Positions 50,331 to 53,234 of a stretch of 53,234 nt of DNA are shown here, piece after piece (the first letter of the stretch is position 1; each line of letters opens with the position of its first letter). Position numbers and translations under genes: made by a program. Under the pieces are notes generated by a model that was not told where the DNA came from, did no database searches, and saw nothing but the letters and a program-made list of their open reading frames with translations. The stretch is taken from the NCBI GenBank assembly GCA_016187175.1, contig JACPKG010000016.1, positions 1 through 53,234 of the forward strand. The letters run 5' to 3'. The DNA is from Candidatus Saccharimonadota bacterium (GTDB taxonomy: Bacteria; Patescibacteriota; Saccharimonadia; Saccharimonadales; UBA10212).

Positions 50331-52031
50331 ATGAGCTCTAGCTTTCCCAAGTCTAAATGCTTTGTTTATCTTAGACGCTCACAAGACCGAGAGGATAGAC
50401 AGGCGTATTCGCTTGAAAAACAAGATCAGCAAGTTCGGCAAATCATTACAGATAATAACTATGTAGCTATCCATTTACCGCCAGAAGAAAGGTCGGCCAG
50501 GTACTTAGGTCGTCCGATATTCAATGATATGTTAGAACGCATCGAAAAAGGCGAAGCTAGATATATAGCCGTGTGGCAACTTAGCCGATTAAGCCGCAAT
50601 CCCATAGATGCAGGTAGGATCATCTACATGCTAGACCAAGGTTCTTTATTAGCTATACATACACCCACTAGAACCTACCGCAACACCCCAGATGATAAGG
50701 CATTCTTAGCTATAGAACTTGCGTTTGCTAAAAAGAATAATGATGACCTGAGCGTCCAAGTGAAAGAAAGTTTTGAGCAAAAGCGCAATCATGGTGAATA
50801 TCCTGGTCCTGCACCGCTCGGGTATTACAACGCTATTATAAGTCCAGGCCATCGTAACATAGTGCCTCATCAAGAAAACGCACAAAAAATTATTAGGCTT
50901 TTTCAAAAAGCTGCCAGCGAATGCTATACACTTCACGATATTTGGCTTGAGACAGAAAAGCTAGGTTTGCGGTCCAAAAATGGCTTGCCTCTAGCGAAAC
51001 AAACTGTGGTTGGCATTTTGAAAAACAGAGTTTATACAGGCGTTTTTAAGTATGGTAGCCCCGAGTATCATCAAGGAGCATATGAGCCCCTGATTAGTAT
51101 TGAGATTTATAATAAAGTGCAACAAGTTATGGGCTGGGCGCATAAGCGTAATGTACCCCATACCACAGCAGGACGATCATATCCTTATAAGGGCCTACTG
51201 CTTTGTGGCACATGCAATTTCAACATAACAGCCTATACTAAGCCAAAAACCCTATCCAATGGCTCAGAAGCATATTATGAGTTTTATACCTGCACCAAAA
51301 AGAGCAAGACAGTTAAGTGCACTGAGTCTCAGATCTCTGCTAAAGAATTGGAAGAAGCGATCAAGTCCAAAATGTCAGAGTTCGAAATAAGTGAAGAAGA
51401 CGGTAAGACTTGCCTGCGGTTAATTGAGGGGCTTTTTGACAGCCACATAAAAAATCAGCAACGATACCGTGAAATATGGGAAAAAGACCGTAGAGACGCA
51501 AAAAAAGCACTTGAGGTGCTTGATGAAAAGCTTGAAACAGGCGTTATCGAAGATGAAAGATATAAGAGCCGTAGTAATCGCCATCGGGCGGTGCTGGCTA
51601 GAACTACGCAACTGCTTGAAAGTTCTTATCAAGACGCCGAACGCTGGCTAGAACTAGCAACGGAGGTATTTTCAAGTGTTACTAACCTAGGTGTAGTCTT
51701 TGAACAAGCTGAGGATACAGAACGGCGTGAACTTATGAAGTATTTAGGTTTGAACTGGACTTTAAGTGATAGAAAAGTGGCTCTAACACCTAGAGAACCA
51801 CTACATTTGTTACATATCAGCAATCGAAATCAATCTTGGCGGGGCGGGCAGGATTCGAACCTGCGGCCAATCGGTTATGAGCCGACTGCTCTAACCACTG
51901 AGCTACCGCCCCTCGTCGTCCGCCTAGGCGGACTCCTCTTCAATTTTACAAGTTCTGCTACGCACGACCTTGTAAAATTGGTAAAAGAACAGTATAAACC
52001 CAAGTATAACAGATGTATGAGATATAATTAG
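50331..52031 (+). CDS. large serine recombinase (resolvase domain, recombinase domain, zinc ribbon, coiled coil); the 3' end of the ORF runs antisense through tRNA-Met
   Basis: CFVYLRRSQDREDRQAYSLEKQ (catalytic Ser region), IAVWQLSRLSRN, YPGPAPLGY, and the Cys cluster CGTCNFNI...YTCTKKSKTVKC. No stop until 52031, although recognisable recombinase sequence ends near 51830. Confidence 0.8.
   Translation: MSSSFPKSKCFVYLRRSQDREDRQAYSLEKQDQQVRQIITDNNYVAIHLPPEERSARYLGRPIFNDMLERIEKGEARYIAVWQLSRLSRNPIDAGRIIYMLDQGSLLAIHTPTRTYRNTPDDKAFLAIELAFAKKNNDDLSVQVKESFEQKRNHGEYPGPAPLGYYNAIISPGHRNIVPHQENAQKIIRLFQKAASECYTLHDIWLETEKLGLRSKNGLPLAKQTVVGILKNRVYTGVFKYGSPEYHQGAYEPLISIEIYNKVQQVMGWAHKRNVPHTTAGRSYPYKGLLLCGTCNFNITAYTKPKTLSNGSEAYYEFYTCTKKSKTVKCTESQISAKELEEAIKSKMSEFEISEEDGKTCLRLIEGLFDSHIKNQQRYREIWEKDRRDAKKALEVLDEKLETGVIEDERYKSRSNRHRAVLARTTQLLESSYQDAERWLELATEVFSSVTNLGVVFEQAEDTERRELMKYLGLNWTLSDRKVALTPREPLHLLHISNRNQSWRGGQDSNLRPIGYEPTALTTELPPLVVRLGGLLFNFTSSATHDLVKLVKEQYKPKYNRCMRYN
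51837..51912 (-). tRNA. tRNA with CAT anticodon (elongator Met or Ile2), CCA encoded
   Basis: Hand-folded from the reverse complement: GGGGCGG-TA-GCTC-AGTGGTTA-GAGC-A-GTCGG-CTCATAA-CCGAT-TGGCC-GCAGG-TTCGAAT-CCTGC-CCGCCCC-G-CCA. 76 nt. Confidence 0.85.
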
Positions 52032-52034
52032 GGG

Positions 52035-52490
52035 GTGCTGCAAAGAGTAAAAAACCTTTGGAATCATAGACGCGTAAAACAACTTACCGATCCGCGAAAC
52101 ATCGGCCTTTATATTTTTTTGATTGTGGTACTGGCGATTTCATGGAGCGCAGTCAAGACGGTCCAGACTAATTATGAATTGCAAAAACAAATCTCAACCC
52201 TAAAGCAACAAAACGAAGTTCTTAAACTGCAGAACCAAAATACCGACCTGCAGAACAAATACTTACAGACTGATCAGTATTTAGAACTGGCCGCCCGACA
52301 AGACCTTGGCCTGGCCGCTCCCGGTGAACAAGTTATGCTGATATCCAAAGACGCGGCTCTGAAATACGTTGATCAAAGCCTGGTTCCTAAAACCGAGTTT
52401 GCCAGCCAGGAAGACAAACGCTCCGGATACGCCAAAAACTTTGAAGCCTGGCGTAATTTCCTACTAGGCCGCCAACTCCGCCAAGATTGA
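52035..52490 (+). CDS. septum formation initiator (FtsB/DivIC-like)
   Basis: One TM helix followed by a Gln/Leu-rich coiled coil (YELQKQISTLKQQNEVLKLQNQNTDLQNKYL) and ELAARQDLGLAAPGEQV. GTG start uncertain. Confidence 0.7.
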   Translation: MLQRVKNLWNHRRVKQLTDPRNIGLYIFLIVVLAISWSAVKTVQTNYELQKQISTLKQQNEVLKLQNQNTDLQNKYLQTDQYLELAARQDLGLAAPGEQVMLISKDAALKYVDQSLVPKTEFASQEDKRSGYAKNFEAWRNFLLGRQLRQD

Positions 52491-52603
52491 CATTTCTACC
52501 CCTGTTTGCTAGTATTTTATAAGCCTAATTTGGCATTTCCTTGCCACCTTCTTTGCCGTCCCTCGACAAGCTCGGGACGATAAAGTTTGCAGGCAAACTT
52601 TAT

Positions 52604-52678
52604 CGCGGGGTGGAGCAGTAGTAGCTCGCGTGGCTCATAACCACGAGGTCGCAGGTGCAAATCCTGCCCCCGCTACCA
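52604..52678 (+). tRNA. initiator tRNA-fMet (CAT), CCA encoded, atypical T-loop
   Basis: CGCGGGG-TG-GAGC-AGTAGTA-GCTC-G-CGTGG-CTCATAA-CCACG-AGGTC-GCAGG-TGCAAAT-CCTGC-CCCCGCT-A-CCA. 1:72 mismatch and close to E. coli tRNAfMet as I recall it. The T-loop reads TGC instead of the usual TTC. Confidence 0.8.
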
Positions 52679-52687
52679 TGAAAAGCG

Positions 52688-52711
52688 CCCGACGCCAGGT
52701 CGGGTGTTTTT
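52688..52711 (+). terminator. rho-independent terminator after tRNA-fMet
   Basis: CCCGAC-gccag-GTCGGG followed by TGTTTTT. Confidence 0.7.
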
Positions 52712-52829
52712 CATGGAGGGGCAGGCTGCACCTAACCGTCCGTGAATAGCAGAGTCTTTACAGCTTAAGTTAGTAGATCTTAACAGATGTTATTCTAGCG
52801 TGAACTCAGAGTGCCACTGGCACTCTTCG

Positions 52830-52854
52830 GGTGCAAATCCTGCCCCCGCTACCA
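52830..52854 (+). repeat. 25-nt direct duplicate of the tRNA-fMet 3' end (att-like scar)
   Basis: GGTGCAAATCCTGCCCCCGCTACCA is identical to 52654-52678. A degenerate inverted copy (TGGAGGGGCAGGCTGCACCT) lies at about 52714-52733. Confidence 0.7.
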
Positions 52855-52946
52855 TTTTGTTTATGCTTAAAACCTCTCAATTATGGGGGTTTTTTTGATT
52901 TTGCTTATGGTTGCTGTTATTAGGTTGCTAAATTAAACTTAGACTA

Positions 52947-53234
52947 ATGGCTGGAGAAACAGGAGCTAAACCAGAGTTAAGCGTGGCTGAATTGACTCAA
53001 AAAGTTGAAGGCGCACACGCCTCATTGCTAGAGCATGCCAGTTGGATAGTTGGTATGCCCTTTGAAACTCCTATCCGTGTTCAAGATAAAATGTATGCGG
53101 GCGAAAAAGACCCAAGGTCGCTAGACTTGATTGTCCGCTTGGACGAACAAGGGGTTTTTTATATCTGCAAAGACCTTACTGATAGTGATACGCCCTGGAA
53201 TGTGTCCGCTACGAATGAACCGACAGAAAAAGAG
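52947..53234 (+). CDS. hypothetical protein, 5' part only (runs off the window)
   Basis: ATG 52947 stays open to the window end (96 codons, MAGETGAKPELSVAELTQKVEG...). No family recognised. Confidence 0.4.
   Translation, partial: MAGETGAKPELSVAELTQKVEGAHASLLEHASWIVGMPFETPIRVQDKMYAGEKDPRSLDLIVRLDEQGVFYICKDLTDSDTPWNVSATNEPTEKE

Noticed and set aside
50084-50341. 85-aa ORF upstream of the recombinase as an excisionase/RDF.
   Set aside because: No SD, no HTH-like or basic pattern, and it overlaps the recombinase start. Kept only as a remote possibility.

Overview
53.2-kb chromosomal segment of a compact bacterial genome with tightly packed, often translationally coupled genes. No rRNA genes or CRISPR arrays. 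Gene content and style suggest a Patescibacteria/CPR (Saccharibacteria-like) organism: archaeal-type AspRS, a short HrcA, ComEC, many small membrane-anchored orphan proteins, and TGnTATAAT promoters sitting almost on start codons. This assignment is inference only. Layout: (1) 1-12.5 kb is a metal/thiol-redox membrane cluster (ArsR-like regulator, CcdA, redoxin, P-type ATPase, Kef-type antiporter, NRAMP, DsbA-like). (2) 12.6-28.9 kb is housekeeping (CNNM/CorC-like, aspS, AKR, hydrolases, a large surface protein, tsaC, murC, murJ, lepA, gmk-like). (3) 29.2-35.3 kb is a CIRCE-controlled hrcA-grpE-dnaK-dnaJ operon interrupted by four extra genes, including cutA. (4) 35.3-39.7 kb holds a GGDEF gene plus an orphan/methyltransferase/RimK/amidotransferase cluster. 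(5) 40.4-41.7 kb has tRNA-Lys followed by three direct copies of its 3' end that bracket small cargo genes. (6) 41.9-46.6 kb has comEC, yebC, pepE-like, ruvC and ruvA. (7) 46.6-53.2 kb is an A+T-richer (by eye) integration hotspot: an OLD-family ATPase-TOPRIM nuclease coupled to a small HTH gene, a large serine recombinase whose ORF runs antisense through tRNA-Met, ftsB-like, and initiator tRNA with a duplicated 3' end. Most unusual signals: (a) a three-copy leader module, with a near-leaderless 35-codon uORF and a 19-bp helix that buries the SD and AUG of membrane-protein genes; (b) short palindromic elements inserted in frame in lepA (twice), ruvC and comEC; (c) the OLD-HTH pair in the recombinase island; (d) a roughly 290-nt highly structured intergenic RNA candidate ending in a strong terminator.
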